From an uncultured Acidobacteriota bacterium (lineage in GTDB: Bacteria > Acidobacteriota > UBA6911): DNA of 64,000 nt. This document shows, piece by piece, positions 21,845 to 31,998 of this stretch. The position numbers and the translations under genes were made by a program. The notes under the pieces were generated by a model. That model had not been told where the DNA came from, did not search any database, and saw only the letters and a program-made list of their open reading frames with translations. The stretch spans positions 256,001 through 320,000 of the forward strand of contig CAWEJX010000020.1 in NCBI GenBank assembly GCA_963809485.1. Direction: 5' to 3'. Within the stretch, counting starts at the first letter, position 1; every line of letters begins with the position of its first letter.

Positions 21845-22582
21845 CTATTTATCCACCCGGCTGTTGTTAATCAGGTACTTGGCCGCGACGGCTTCAAAAG
21901 GGTAGGCTGGAGACAAGCCTTCTTTCAACCGGCGCAATACTTCGAGATCGGACTGCCAGGCCATGTCGTCGCGAGCAAGCAGGCAGATGGTGTCGGGTCT
22001 CCGTTCCATGCTGAGCTTGTTTTCTCTGAAATAGTAATAGTTGTCGCTTGGCTCAACAGGGTAGGTTCGCATCAGGGGCGGCATATCGTCGGGCTTGAAC
22101 CAAAGCTTAATTTCCCGCTCCGCCTCCTCGACCGTTGCGGAAGCATGGATGAGGTTGTCCATGCGTTCTCCGATCATTTTTCCTGCGCCATCCGTAAGGG
22201 GCACCACGGTACCCAGCGCGCGGATACAGCCGGGTTTGTCTGCCCGGGCGACATGAGGATTGGTCGGACCCGCAATTTCCCGTATTTTGGCGACAGCGCC
22301 GGGGCCTTGATAAACAATGGCGATGACTCTTCGTTTTATCGGATCCTCCGGGTAATGAATCTTGCCTGTTATGTAATCCAGGAGCGATTCATAAAACACC
22401 TTGCCGCGGTGCTCGGCATAGTGTTCTCCGGCAAGCATATCGCTGACATGCACAATTTTTGTAGCCGAAAAATGCAGCCCTGTGTGAAATTCCGATAGCT
22501 GGGAGAGCAGATAACCGGTCAGGGAATTCTTGAGCGCATCCGGTTTGATCAGCACAAGCGTCTGTTCGAGTTTTTTATCCAT
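21845..22582 (-). CDS. ndk: Nucleoside-diphosphate kinase with C-terminal extension
   Basis: EQTLVLIKPDA, EHYAEHRGK, GPTNP, PGCIR and NLIHAS (catalytic His). Confidence 0.85.
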   Translation of the reverse strand: MDKKLEQTLVLIKPDALKNSLTGYLLSQLSEFHTGLHFSATKIVHVSDMLAGEHYAEHRGKVFYESLLDYITGKIHYPEDPIKRRVIAIVYQGPGAVAKIREIAGPTNPHVARADKPGCIRALGTVVPLTDGAGKMIGERMDNLIHASATVEEAEREIKLWFKPDDMPPLMRTYPVEPSDNYYYFRENKLSMERRPDTICLLARDDMAWQSDLEVLRRLKEGLSPAYPFEAVAAKYLINNSRVDK

Positions 22583-22771
22583 AAGTCCTGTCCTTTGGGG
22601 AAGTGTATTCGATTACCTCAATTGTATCTCATAACCATTGAGAATAGGTTCAGAGTTCTCAACAAAGGTCTTTGGGCTCTTGTCCCCAGCCTTGAATGCC
22701 TTGTCTGATGGCCTGCCTCGTTTCGCCACGAATTCCCTTAATAAATAAACGAGGCCTTCGGATTCCCGATG

Positions 22772-23800
22772 CTAAGCCCGGCCCCGGCTTCGCCGGGCAT
22801 AAGCCCAGATTGTGCCGCCGCAGCCCGAAGCGCTTTCGAAAAGAGCCGGCGGAAGCGCGAGCAAAAACGCTCCCAAATAGGCAATTTCCGCAGCGCCGCT
22901 CAATATCGGGCTCGAATCCGGCTTTCGTCCCTTTCGCCCGATTGGATCCAGCCACGGCAGCAGGCTGGATGCGATGGAAGCAGGATTATCGCGGAGAGAA
23001 AACCGCGGAACAAGCCGAAAATCGAGCCCCGATTCCCTCAACAGAAGGCCAAGAGCGCCGGGGCTGTAATTGATAGTGTGCCTGGGCACATCGAGGCCAT
23101 ACCATCGTTTTCCGAACAGGCGTGCCTGAATGGAACGAACATTGGGCACCTGGAGGATCAGGGTCCCGGCCGGCTTGAGCAAATCCGCCGCATACCGGAG
23201 ACCCTGTGCCGGATCCGGGAGATGTTCCAGGACATGAAACATCGTGATGAAGTCAAATCGGCAGTCCTCCCAGACCCGGCTGCCGATGGCTCCATGACGC
23301 ACAGGATGTCCGTACTGTTTGCCCGCAATCTCGACCGCCCGGGCGGAAGTATCCATACCGTGAGGGACAAAGCCCTGCAAGCCGGCGAGATGCAAAAACG
23401 TTCCGCTTCCGCAGCCGATGTCGAGCAGAAGCTTTTCACCCTCCCCATTCCTGCGGGCGCAGTACTTTAGAAAACGCACATGGTCCCTCAGGACAAATTC
23501 GCGATACGCAGTCTCGAGGCGGCGCAAAAGGCGCTCGGCCGCGCGTCCGGTCCGGGGACTCCCGGACCACCAGTATTGCTGCGGATAAAACCCACTCAAC
23601 GTCGAATGGTCCGGCATCGGGTGCTGGAAAATGCAGCCGCATCCCGCGCACCGGTACAGGTCGAAAAAACCGCGGGCGCGTTCAAAAAGGCGGTCATATC
23701 CCCGGGCCCAGGCAGCGCATTCCGTCGCATGGCATATGGGACAGGCGGCGGTCCCGGGGGGGAAATTTACCGGGTTTTGAAACACATCGTGGGAATTCAC
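22772..23800 (-). CDS. Class I SAM-dependent methyltransferase with N-terminal Zn-ribbon
   Basis: CPIC...CAGC, LLDIGCGSG, FHVLEHL and DVPRH. Confidence 0.85.
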   Translation of the reverse strand: MNSHDVFQNPVNFPPGTAACPICHATECAAWARGYDRLFERARGFFDLYRCAGCGCIFQHPMPDHSTLSGFYPQQYWWSGSPRTGRAAERLLRRLETAYREFVLRDHVRFLKYCARRNGEGEKLLLDIGCGSGTFLHLAGLQGFVPHGMDTSARAVEIAGKQYGHPVRHGAIGSRVWEDCRFDFITMFHVLEHLPDPAQGLRYAADLLKPAGTLILQVPNVRSIQARLFGKRWYGLDVPRHTINYSPGALGLLLRESGLDFRLVPRFSLRDNPASIASSLLPWLDPIGRKGRKPDSSPILSGAAEIAYLGAFLLALPPALFESASGCGGTIWAYARRSRGRA

Positions 23801-24525
23801 CCCTGTTTCTCCTTTGTTTCGGCAGACGTCAGGGGCGATTTCGAGCGTGATGCAAGCCCGAACCGCTTGCGCAAAAGGAAGGAGAGGTTTTTGAATCCGT
23901 CCCGCCAGGGCTGAAGTTTAATTTCTCCCATTCTGGTGGAGTAGTCGATATAAATTTCCTTGAACCCGATCCGCTTGCGGGTGATGGCTTCGATCTTAAT
24001 CTCTTCGCTGAAGGCCATGCCGTCACTGACAAGCTGCATTTCATCCAGGCTTGACCGTTCAAAAACCCACATCCCGGACTGTGAATCCCGGACCCAGCGG
24101 AAGTAAAGAATCGACATGGCCAGGCTCAACAGCCTGTTCCCCATCCAGTGTTTGAGCGACATCGCCTGGCGGTTTTTGAGCGGAAATCTGGATGCGGAGA
24201 GGAACCGGACTTCCGAATGAAGGAATGCTTCCAGAAGATACGATATGGCGTCGGGAGGGTAGGAGTGATCGCCGTCGAGCGTGACAATGATGTCGCCGCG
24301 CGATTGCACCAGGCCCGTTTTATAGGCGCGGCCATAGCCCCGGACCTCTTCGTGCAAGACGCGGGCTCCGCGGCTCCTGGCCAGTTCCGCCGTGCGATCG
24401 GTGGAGTTATTGTCGACCACAATGACTTCATCAACGAAGGAAGGCATGCGCGCCAGGACCTCGACGATGCCTTTTTCCTCGTTCAGGCAGGGAATGACCA
24501 CCGTAATACGGCGATTTCTGTACAC
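23797..24525 (-). CDS. Glycosyltransferase family 2 (polyprenol-phosphate sugar synthase-like)
   Basis: VVIPCLNEE, VVDNNSTD, GYGRA, LDGDHSY and DSQSGM. Confidence 0.88.
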   Translation of the reverse strand: MYRNRRITVVIPCLNEEKGIVEVLARMPSFVDEVIVVDNNSTDRTAELARSRGARVLHEEVRGYGRAYKTGLVQSRGDIIVTLDGDHSYPPDAISYLLEAFLHSEVRFLSASRFPLKNRQAMSLKHWMGNRLLSLAMSILYFRWVRDSQSGMWVFERSSLDEMQLVSDGMAFSEEIKIEAITRKRIGFKEIYIDYSTRMGEIKLQPWRDGFKNLSFLLRKRFGLASRSKSPLTSAETKEKQG

Positions 24526-24619
24526 GGGACGCGATCATAGCGCAGGCGGATGTTGGTGGCAAGTTGGCATAAGCTCATCGTGAAGGCCGGAACCGGAATT
24601 TCCATCGGTGTCGGGCTGT

Positions 24620-24648
24620 TTGACTGGATCGTAATAGAACGCTATTAT
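24620..24648 (+). promoter_or_regulatory. Sigma-70 promoter of tmRNA
   Basis: TTGACT-N17-TATTAT about 20 bp upstream of the tmRNA 5' end. Confidence 0.75.
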
Positions 24649-24669
24649 TATATTGATGATTCAGAACAT

Positions 24670-25015
24670 GGGGGTGAACTGGATTCGACGGGGGTCAAGA
24701 GGCAGCAGAGGCATGTCGAGTTGTCCGCGACTCGTAAAAATCGTGGAATTAAACATAACTGCTGACACTCAGTTAGCACTGGCCGCTTAAGCGGTCACGT
24801 CTCGCCGCTCTTGCCTGCGGGGGCGGGCCGAGGCGTCACACAGCAGGATAGGTTGGGATTCGAGCCCTGGGATTCCGGCCGAAACCAAAGGGGCTAGCGG
24901 GTGCGCGCTCCTGCCGGTCCGAACGTAGCGCCTGCGAAACTTAACGGATCGGATACGCATGTAGGCTCTGCTCGCTGAAGTTCTTCGGACGCGGGTTCGA
25001 TTCCCGCCACCTCCA
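24670..25015 (+). ncRNA. ssrA: tmRNA (SsrA); tag peptide (A)ADTQLALAA
   Basis: 5' GGGGGTGAACTGGATTCGAC, 3' GACGCGGGTTCGATTCCCGCCACCTCCA, and a tag ORF at 24761-24790 after ATAACT ending in LAA-stop. Confidence 0.96.
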
Positions 25016-25018
25016 TCA

Positions 25019-25065
25019 GCCTTCGCTAAAGCTCCGGCTGACAAGCCGGAGCTTTGGCGAAGGCG
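25019..25065 (+). repeat. REP-like inverted doublet directly 3' of tmRNA
   Basis: GCCTTCGCTAAAGCTCCGGCT-GACA-AGCCGGAGCTTTGGCGAAGGC; same unit as in the tRNA spacers. Confidence 0.72.
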
Positions 25066-25147
25066 TGCTCCAACCGAACATTCCCGCATTTTTATTGGCT
25101 CAGTTCATATCTGATTCATCAGGTAAGCTACCTGCAGGGAGGCGTAA

Positions 25148-25666
25148 TCACTTCATAATCCTGGGAAACAGCCGGCCTGTGCGCGAAGCATACTGCCTGT
25201 ACTCGTCGCCAAAAACCGCTGTCATCATTTTTTCTTCCTTGGGAACAAGGATCGAGTAGAAAAAATATAGAATGAAGGGCACGAGAAGCAGAACCCAGGA
25301 ATTAAGAGCAAGGGCCATGCCCGGGAAAACCAGCCATATTCCACCGGCGTACATGGGGTGTCGCACAAATTGAAAGGGCCCAGTTGTGCAGAGCCGGCTT
25401 TTGCGCCACCACAGCCTGATGGTGTGGAGACACCAGGTGTGCCAGCAGATCCAAGTTCCGATGAGGATATAGCCGAATGCTTTTATGGGTCCGCCCGGAA
25501 CCAATATCTCCGCACGACCTAACCGCCTGTCCAGAAGCCACAAAATCCCAAAAAGAGCCAGACCTATCACCAACCCTATTGGGCCAATCCCAAAGAGCTT
25601 CTGATATCTGCTGATTTCCTGTTGTCTCAACACGATGCGGCTCCCATCGAAGGAAAGGTTGGGCAT
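25148..25666 (-). CDS. Isoprenylcysteine carboxyl methyltransferase/PEMT-family membrane protein
   Basis: LCTTGPF..VRHPMY and EE..M...FGDEY..Y..RTGRLFP motifs; start position uncertain. Confidence 0.8.
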   Translation of the reverse strand: MPNLSFDGSRIVLRQQEISRYQKLFGIGPIGLVIGLALFGILWLLDRRLGRAEILVPGGPIKAFGYILIGTWICWHTWCLHTIRLWWRKSRLCTTGPFQFVRHPMYAGGIWLVFPGMALALNSWVLLLVPFILYFFYSILVPKEEKMMTAVFGDEYRQYASRTGRLFPRIMK

Positions 25667-25682
25667 TGGGCCGCCACTGCCT

Positions 25683-26645
25683 TCATGGCACGCAATTTCG
25701 AAGGACTGCATCGACCGGAATATTGTTCATACAAGTATGATCAGGTTGACCGCAAGCGCACCCTTCGCAGCCGTGTGGCTCTCTCAGCACTGTAACATGA
25801 TCGCCCAGCGGAGCCCAGTGCTGCGGCAAGGTGGGTCCAAAGAGCACGGTGGATCGAACCTTAAGACCGGCCGCCAGGTGCGTTATCCCGGAATCGTTCC
25901 CCACAAAAGCTTTACACCGCTCAATTGCAGCCGCAAGAAGATTGAGCGGCAGGGATTGAGCGACAATTGCACTTGAGGCGGGCAATGCCTCAGCGATTTG
26001 CATTGCCATGCCTGTTTCGGCAGGGCCTTCAATCAGCAGCAGCTTTCCATTCCCGCGCAGAGTTAACTCCTCTGCCAGTCGGACAAAACGAGGCAGCGGC
26101 CAGCGTTTTGCAGCGGATCCTGCCCCCGGATGCAGTGCCACAAGAGTGTCCCGAGTGTCCCCCCCTCGCTCCGCGAGCCACTGCGACGCCTGCTTTTGCA
26201 CCATGGAGTCGAGCAGGATACCGGCGTGCGGCGGCATTGCGGTGGAATTCCCGGTGCCCAGCGAGTCGATGAACAGCCGGGACACATGCCTCGGTTCCTC
26301 CGGCCCAGGACGCCAGGAAGCAATGCATGCGTCGGGATGAATCTGTTTCAGGTTGTGGACAAACTCTGAATTCCCCGAGCCTGTCCAGGAAACTATCCGA
26401 TCGAAAGCTTTCCAGAAAAGCGCTTCCTCATCCGTCAGGCGTCCGGGAGTATATAAGCGATGCAGAGGGAGGGCGGCCAGCGAGAGGATGTGCTCGGCAT
26501 AGCCATGCGCCACCGGCGCGAGGTGGTCGATGTTGGCCGCTATGGTAAAGATTGCGGAGGGAAACTGACTCCGGAGCAGTCGAATGGCAGGGAGAGAGAG
26601 CAGGATGTCGCCCAGGCCGCCGGGATGGAGGATCAGAATCTCCAC
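25683..26645 (-). CDS. Glycosyltransferase family 9 (heptosyltransferase-like)
   Basis: GGLGDILL, HPGAGS..KRWP, FVGNDSGITHLAA and LFGPT. Confidence 0.88.
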   Translation of the reverse strand: MEILILHPGGLGDILLSLPAIRLLRSQFPSAIFTIAANIDHLAPVAHGYAEHILSLAALPLHRLYTPGRLTDEEALFWKAFDRIVSWTGSGNSEFVHNLKQIHPDACIASWRPGPEEPRHVSRLFIDSLGTGNSTAMPPHAGILLDSMVQKQASQWLAERGGDTRDTLVALHPGAGSAAKRWPLPRFVRLAEELTLRGNGKLLLIEGPAETGMAMQIAEALPASSAIVAQSLPLNLLAAAIERCKAFVGNDSGITHLAAGLKVRSTVLFGPTLPQHWAPLGDHVTVLREPHGCEGCACGQPDHTCMNNIPVDAVLRNCVP

Positions 26646-27739
26646 TATTCAATGATCATCGTGTTGGTTCTGCTGAGATTTGCGATGCTTACCTGCGCCG
26701 CCACATTCTGCGCCACCTGAATCATGGCCCGGGCTGCCGGAGACTCCGGATCGGCCGCCACAACGGGCTTGCCGGCGTCGCCGCCTTCACGCAGGGAGAC
26801 ATTCAAAGGCACTTCGCCCAGGAATGGGACTCCATAATTGGCCGCGGTGACTGTGCCTCCCCCGTGGCTGAATATGTGCGTCCGTTCGCCGCACTTGGGA
26901 CATTGAAAGTAGGACATGTTCTCGACGATTCCCAGGATTTCCACATGCACCTGGCGGAACATGAGTATCGCTTTGCGCGCGTCCTGCAGCGCCACATCCT
27001 GAGGAGTGCTGACGATTACGGCGCCCGTGAGCGGGACCGTCTGGACCAGGCTAAGCTGCACATCGCCGGTCCCCGGCGGCAGATCGATAAAAAGGTAATC
27101 TAGTTCCCCCCAGTCAACCTGGCGGATGAATTGCTGAATGACGCTGTGCAGCATGGGACCGCGCCAGATCAGCGGGGTGTCTTCGCCCGTCAGAAACCCC
27201 ATGGACATGACACGCACGCCGTATTTTGACAGGGTCTGGATGCGATCCTCAATCGCATGCGGCCGCCCGGCGATGCCCATCATGAGAGGCACGTTCGGCC
27301 CGTAGATATCGGCGTCCAGCAGGCCGACCGCCGCTCCGCTTTGGGCAAGTGCGACCGCAAGATTGACCGTTATGGTGGTTTTTCCCACACCGCCTTTGCC
27401 GCTTCCCACGGCAATGATATTTTTCACGCCCGCGATGGCCTGTTTCTGCGCGGCCACGGTGCCGGGGGAAACCGCCGCGGTCATTTTTACCTCAACTTCC
27501 CGGATGCCGCCGACACCGAGGACCGCCTCGCGTGCCCACTGCTCCATTTCCTTTTTGACGGGACATGCCGGAGTTGTCAGCTCGATGGTGAACGATGCCC
27601 TGTCTCCCTCAATCTTCAGGTCTTTGACGAAATTGAGTTCGACGATGTCTTTGTTTAAATCAGGATCCTTCACATTTCGAAGCGCGTCCAGGACGGCCCG
27701 TTCGAGGGTTTCCTTGTTTCCATGTTTGCCAGAAGTCAT
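26645..27739 (-). CDS. apbC: Mrp/ApbC/NBP35 Fe-S cluster carrier ATPase
   Basis: LTTPACP, SGKGGVGKT, DADIYGP, DLPPGTGD and CPKC. Confidence 0.93.
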   Translation of the reverse strand: MTSGKHGNKETLERAVLDALRNVKDPDLNKDIVELNFVKDLKIEGDRASFTIELTTPACPVKKEMEQWAREAVLGVGGIREVEVKMTAAVSPGTVAAQKQAIAGVKNIIAVGSGKGGVGKTTITVNLAVALAQSGAAVGLLDADIYGPNVPLMMGIAGRPHAIEDRIQTLSKYGVRVMSMGFLTGEDTPLIWRGPMLHSVIQQFIRQVDWGELDYLFIDLPPGTGDVQLSLVQTVPLTGAVIVSTPQDVALQDARKAILMFRQVHVEILGIVENMSYFQCPKCGERTHIFSHGGGTVTAANYGVPFLGEVPLNVSLREGGDAGKPVVAADPESPAARAMIQVAQNVAAQVSIANLSRTNTMIIE

Positions 27740-27742
27740 AAG

Positions 27743-27961
27743 CTATTTCCGAAAAATGTAAAATACCAGACTGAGAAGGATGCTCAGAATGAGGCAGGTT
27801 GTCAATGGGAAGTAAAAGGAGAAACTCCCGCGCCTGATCCTGATATCCCCCGGTAACCGCCCCAGGTGCAGAAACGAGAAGAAATGCGAGTAGCTCAGGA
27901 TAATGCCGAGCAATACGAGGGCAATGCCGAGGATAATAAGGATCCGGCCCAGTGGGACCAT
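27743..27961 (-). CDS. DUF2905 small membrane protein
   Basis: LGRLPGDI...FYFPLTTCLILS signature between two TM helices. Confidence 0.85.
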   Translation of the reverse strand: MVPLGRILIILGIALVLLGIILSYSHFFSFLHLGRLPGDIRIRRGSFSFYFPLTTCLILSILLSLVFYIFRK

Positions 27962-27967
27962 ATCTCA

Positions 27968-28115
27968 AATTACGAATGACGAATTACGAATGACGGATAA
28001 AGTCCTTAGGCTCCCAATCTTCCCGTCTTTTACCGGTCTTCCGACCGATAAACGAATGACGAATTACGCAGCGCTGATGGGTTCACTCGTAATTCGTCAT
28101 TCGTAATCCGTCATT
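27968..28115. repeat. Heptamer (TACGAAT/GACGAAT) direct and inverted repeat array
   Basis: Units at 27968-27996 and 28052-28068, inverted at 28088-28115. Confidence 0.75.
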
Positions 28116-28982
28116 TTAGAGCAGCTTTGCGAGAGTTTCGCCGATTTCCGCGGGGCTCAGGGCTACTTTGATCCCGCATTGCTGCATGGATTCGATCTTT
28201 TCGGCGGCCGTGCCTTTGCCGCCGGAAATGATTGCGCCGGCGTGACCCATCCGCCTGCCCGGCGGCGCCGTGCGTCCCGCAATAAAACCGACGACCGGCT
28301 TCTTCATATTCTCCTTGATATACCTGGCGGCTTCTTCTTCCGCCGTTCCGCCGATTTCTCCTACCATAACGACAGCCTGAGTCTCGGAGTCCTTGTTGAA
28401 CAGAGTCAGGGCATCGATAAAATTGGTGCCTATCACCGGATCGCCTCCAATACCTATGCAGGTCGACTGGCCGATGTTCCGCCCCGAAAGCTGATGAACC
28501 GCCTCATAGGTCAGGGTGCCGCTGCGCGAAACCACACCGACTCCGCCTTCCCGGAAAATCTGCCCGGGCATGATGCCGATTTTGCATTTGCCCGGAGAAA
28601 TAATCCCCGGGCAATTGGGCCCGATCAAACGGCTCCCGGAGCGTGAAATGAGCGCCATGACGCGCACCATGTCCAGAGTGGGAATCCCTTCGGTAATGCA
28701 TACAATCAGCGGAACTCCGGCAGTCGCCGATTCCATGATCGCGTCGGCGGCAAACGCAGGAGGCACAAAAATGACCGTTGCATTGGCTCCTTCTTTCTCC
28801 ACGGCTTCCTCGACGGTGTTGAAGATCGGGATGCCGTCATGAAGGGAGCCTCCCTTGCCCGGAGTGATGCCCGCCACAACTTTTGTGCCGTAAGCCTTGC
28901 ACTGCTGGGCGTGAAAAGAACCTTCCCTGCCCGTAATGCCCTGAACTGCCAAACGAGTGTTTTTATCAACGAGTATAGCCAA
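28116..28982 (-). CDS. sucD: Succinyl-CoA synthetase alpha subunit
   Basis: [18 protein letters not shown] and RMGHAGA. TTG start at 28982 after SD AAGGAGG. Confidence 0.96.
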   Translation of the reverse strand: MAILVDKNTRLAVQGITGREGSFHAQQCKAYGTKVVAGITPGKGGSLHDGIPIFNTVEEAVEKEGANATVIFVPPAFAADAIMESATAGVPLIVCITEGIPTLDMVRVMALISRSGSRLIGPNCPGIISPGKCKIGIMPGQIFREGGVGVVSRSGTLTYEAVHQLSGRNIGQSTCIGIGGDPVIGTNFIDALTLFNKDSETQAVVMVGEIGGTAEEEAARYIKENMKKPVVGFIAGRTAPPGRRMGHAGAIISGGKGTAAEKIESMQQCGIKVALSPAEIGETLAKLL

Positions 28983-28993
28983 CGGAATCCTCC

Positions 28994-30151
28994 TTACTTG
29001 GCAAGTGCAACAACTTTGTCTGCGGCATCCTTCATGCCCCCCGCTACCGTGAACTTGAGTCCCGAGTTTCGGAGGATTTCCTGCCCTTGTTCGACGTTGG
29101 TGCCTTCCAAACGCACGACGACAGGGATGTTGACACCGATGGATTTGGCGGCCTCCACCACACCGTTTGCGACAACGTCGCAGCGCACGATGCCCCCGAA
29201 AATGTTGACGAGGACAGCTTTCACGTTGTGGTCGCCCAGTAGGATCTTGAAGGCGTTCCGGACCTGATCGACAGTCGCGCCGCCGCCGACATCCAGGAAA
29301 TTGGCAGGGTTGCCGCCGGCAAGCTTTATGATGTCCATGGTCGCCATGGCCAGGCCGGCGCCGTTCACCATGCATCCGATATTTCCATCCAGCCGGATAT
29401 AGTTGATGCTGTATCGCGAGGCCTCGATTTCGAGAGTGTCCTCCTCGTAAAAATCGCGCAGCGACAGCAGGTCTTTATGCCGGTACAGAGCGTTGTCGTC
29501 AAAATTTACCTTGGCATCCAGGGCATAGAGCTTGTTGGTCTCCGTCAGCAGGAACGGATTTATTTCCACAAGCGAAGCATCGACCGCCTCGAAGGCTCGA
29601 TAGAGGGCGGCGATGATCTTGGTGGTCGGCGTCATAAGATCGCCTGTCAGCCCCAATCGGAATGCCAGTTTGCGCAAGGCAAAAGGCTGAAGGCCTATGC
29701 TGGGATCCACAAACTCCTTGAATATCAAATGGGGAGTTTCCGCCGCGACCTTTTCGATGTCCATCCCTCCGGAGGGAGACGCCATAATTACGGGGCGCTG
29801 GCTCCCGCGGTCCACAACAATGCCCAGATAGAATTCTTTTTTAATCGGCAGGCCTTCCTCAATGAGGACGCGTCGGACCTTACGCCCTTCGGGTCCCGTC
29901 TGATGCGTCACGAGAGTCATGCCGATCATTTTGCCTGCAAGCTCTTCGGCTTCCGCCGGAGTTTTGGCGAGCTTGACGCCGCCCCCTTTGCCACGGCCTC
30001 CCGCGTGAATCTGGGCCTTGACAACCACAGTCCCGCCCAGACGCGAGGCGATATCGTATGCCTCATAGGGGTTTGTGGCGACCTCCCCTCGAGGAATCGG
30101 AACGCCGAACTGCGACAGCACTTGTTTCGCCTGATACTCATGTATTTTCAC
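28994..30151 (-). CDS. sucC: Succinyl-CoA synthetase beta subunit
   Basis: [22 protein letters not shown] and [14 protein letters not shown] start at 30151. Confidence 0.96.
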   Translation of the reverse strand: MKIHEYQAKQVLSQFGVPIPRGEVATNPYEAYDIASRLGGTVVVKAQIHAGGRGKGGGVKLAKTPAEAEELAGKMIGMTLVTHQTGPEGRKVRRVLIEEGLPIKKEFYLGIVVDRGSQRPVIMASPSGGMDIEKVAAETPHLIFKEFVDPSIGLQPFALRKLAFRLGLTGDLMTPTTKIIAALYRAFEAVDASLVEINPFLLTETNKLYALDAKVNFDDNALYRHKDLLSLRDFYEEDTLEIEASRYSINYIRLDGNIGCMVNGAGLAMATMDIIKLAGGNPANFLDVGGGATVDQVRNAFKILLGDHNVKAVLVNIFGGIVRCDVVANGVVEAAKSIGVNIPVVVRLEGTNVEQGQEILRNSGLKFTVAGGMKDAADKVVALAK

Positions 30152-30344
30152 GATGCTTCCTCGTTCCCGCCAGGCCCCCCTACGGGACTCTCGGGTTCTG
30201 TTGAACACATGAGGAGCTGCCTGAAACCGTAGGGTGTCTCAGGCTGAACCGGATATTTTATTGCACTGAATTAGAGTGTTCAAATGAATCTGAAAAAAAT
30301 GCTAAGAAGTAATCGCAAAAGCACAAAGAAAAGCCGCTAAAACC

Positions 30345-30420
30345 TGGTAGCGCTACTCGGATTCGAACCGAGGTTTGATGGCTGAGAACCACCCGTCCTA
30401 GTCCCCTAGACGATAGCGCC
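30345..30420 (-). tRNA. tRNA-Glu (CTC)
   Basis: GGCGCTATCGTCTAG...GGTGGTTCTCAGCCATC...GTTCGAATC...TAGCGCTACCA, 76 nt. Confidence 0.93.
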
Positions 30421-30433
30421 TTGATCGGGACGG

Positions 30434-30462
30434 ATACTAACAGACGGCCCGGTTGGCGTCAA
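30434..30462 (-). promoter_or_regulatory. Sigma-70 promoter of tRNA-Glu
   Basis: TTGACG-N17-TAGTAT, 13 bp upstream of the tRNA. Confidence 0.7.
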
Positions 30463-30720
30463 CTTGGAGATTCGAGCTTCGAGCTTTGGGATCGAGCTCC
30501 ATGGCGCCGGCCCTGCAAGGCGCACTCTCTATGATACAAACACGCAGCTTTATGCTATTTTGGCAAAAGCTATGGATCTCTGCGCCTGCGGACGGTTTGA
30601 AGAGCCGTCCGCATAACGGAACGGCCGTCTTGTGAGTTCGCATCCATTGGGTTGCGGCCACCCGGCCGCGCCGTGCTATCTGCGGCGGGATAGTATAATG
30701 GGTCAGACAGAAAGGGAGTT

Positions 30721-31707
30721 TTGTTGAAAAACAAAAGCGTAATCCTTGCATCGCCGCGGGGGTTTTGCGCGGGGGTCCACCGGGCAATTGATACCGTGAA
30801 TCTCGCGCTCGACGTGTATGGGCAGCCGATTTATGTCAGGCGCGAAATCGTTCACAATAAATATGTGGTCAACGAATTGCGCCAGAAAGGCATCATCTTT
30901 GTCAACGAGCTCGACGAGGTGCCCCCGGGCGGACGCGTGGTTTTCAGCGCCCACGGGGTAGCTCCGGAAATTCGCTCCTTCGCAGATCAGCGCGGGCTGC
31001 AAGTCATCGATGCGACCTGCCCTCTCGTCACAAAGGTCCATCGGGAAGCCGTCAAATACGCGCACCTCGGATATACAATCATTCTCATCGGACACTCCGA
31101 TCACGATGAAGTAATCGGGACTTTGGGCGAAGCCCCGGAAGCCATCACGGTGCTCAACCAAGGGCCCGGAATAGATGAGCTGAATGTTCCCGACCCGTCC
31201 AAAATAGTCTACCTGACTCAGACCACCCTGAGTCTGCACGACACGCTTCACATCGTCGAAAAGCTGCGCCGGAAATATCCGCTGATCCAGGCACCCGGAT
31301 CTGAGGATATCTGCTACGCGACGCAGAGCCGTCAGAGAGCGGTGCTCGAGCTTGCCGAAAAGGCCGAGTTGATCCTGGTGGTAGGCTCCGCAAACAGCTC
31401 CAATTCGCGCCGTTTGGTGGAAGTGGCGCAGAGCGGAGGTTTGCCTGCACATTTAATCGATGATATCGAGGATATACAACCGGACTGGCTGAAGCATGTC
31501 CAAATCATCGGACTCACCGCCGGGGCTTCGGCCCCTGAAAGCCTTGTGCAAAAGGTCGTGCGCTACCTCAAGGGGCTTGGCTATCCTGAGGTTGCCGCGA
31601 CCGGTGGAAATATTGAAAATGTCGAGTTTTCTCTTCCTGCCGAATTGACCAGGGCGGCCCGCAAAATGGGAATCACTTTTCGTGAATCTAAAAGAAGTTT
31701 CCGATGA
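30721..31707 (+). CDS. ispH: 4-hydroxy-3-methylbut-2-enyl diphosphate reductase
   Basis: PRGFCAGV, IVHN, SAHG, DATCPLV, DICYAT, SSNS and TAGASAP. Confidence 0.96.
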   Translation: MLKNKSVILASPRGFCAGVHRAIDTVNLALDVYGQPIYVRREIVHNKYVVNELRQKGIIFVNELDEVPPGGRVVFSAHGVAPEIRSFADQRGLQVIDATCPLVTKVHREAVKYAHLGYTIILIGHSDHDEVIGTLGEAPEAITVLNQGPGIDELNVPDPSKIVYLTQTTLSLHDTLHIVEKLRRKYPLIQAPGSEDICYATQSRQRAVLELAEKAELILVVGSANSSNSRRLVEVAQSGGLPAHLIDDIEDIQPDWLKHVQIIGLTAGASAPESLVQKVVRYLKGLGYPEVAATGGNIENVEFSLPAELTRAARKMGITFRESKRSFR

Positions 31708-31959
31708 AGTTCCGGCTTTACGGTCGCACATAAAATGGCGCCAACCGGCAGCTGCTTCCCGGAATCCCGCCAGGGCCGGTTCGCATCAGAAGCGGTTCGC
31801 TGGAATCCGTGGCAGCTGATTCCCTCATGCGCCTGGGCATTAACGATTTGCGGAATCCTTCGATTGCTATGCGCGGACGCATCTGTTACTCCCTTTGCTA
31901 TCCCATGCATTTGGATTCAAGGCTTGACGCCAACGGGGTCGGGTCAGCAGGGTGGGAGG

Positions 31960-31998
31960 TCCAATAATATTGGAATTACGGGCCACTTGGGCTATAGT
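31960..31998 (+). promoter_or_regulatory. Putative hopanoid-operon promoter with an overlapping palindromic operator
   Basis: TTGGAA-N17-TATAGT; the palindrome TCCAAT-AAT-ATTGGA (31960-31974) overlaps the -35 element. Confidence 0.45.

Noticed and set aside
25016-27961. Possible genomic island integrated at tmRNA (or at tRNA-Glu)
   Set aside because: No integrase, no duplicated 3' end of the RNA gene, and the neighbours are housekeeping-type genes.
27968-28115. CRISPR-like array
   Set aside because: Units are 7-nt periodic and partly inverted, there are no regular unique spacers, and the window has no cas genes.
28983-29375. N-terminal extensions in the ORF track for sucD, sucC, rplJ, MDR2, gcvT, the VWA protein and the nucleotidyltransferase
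   Set aside because: They overlap neighbouring genes or promoters. Downstream starts match the family N-termini and most have good SD sequences.
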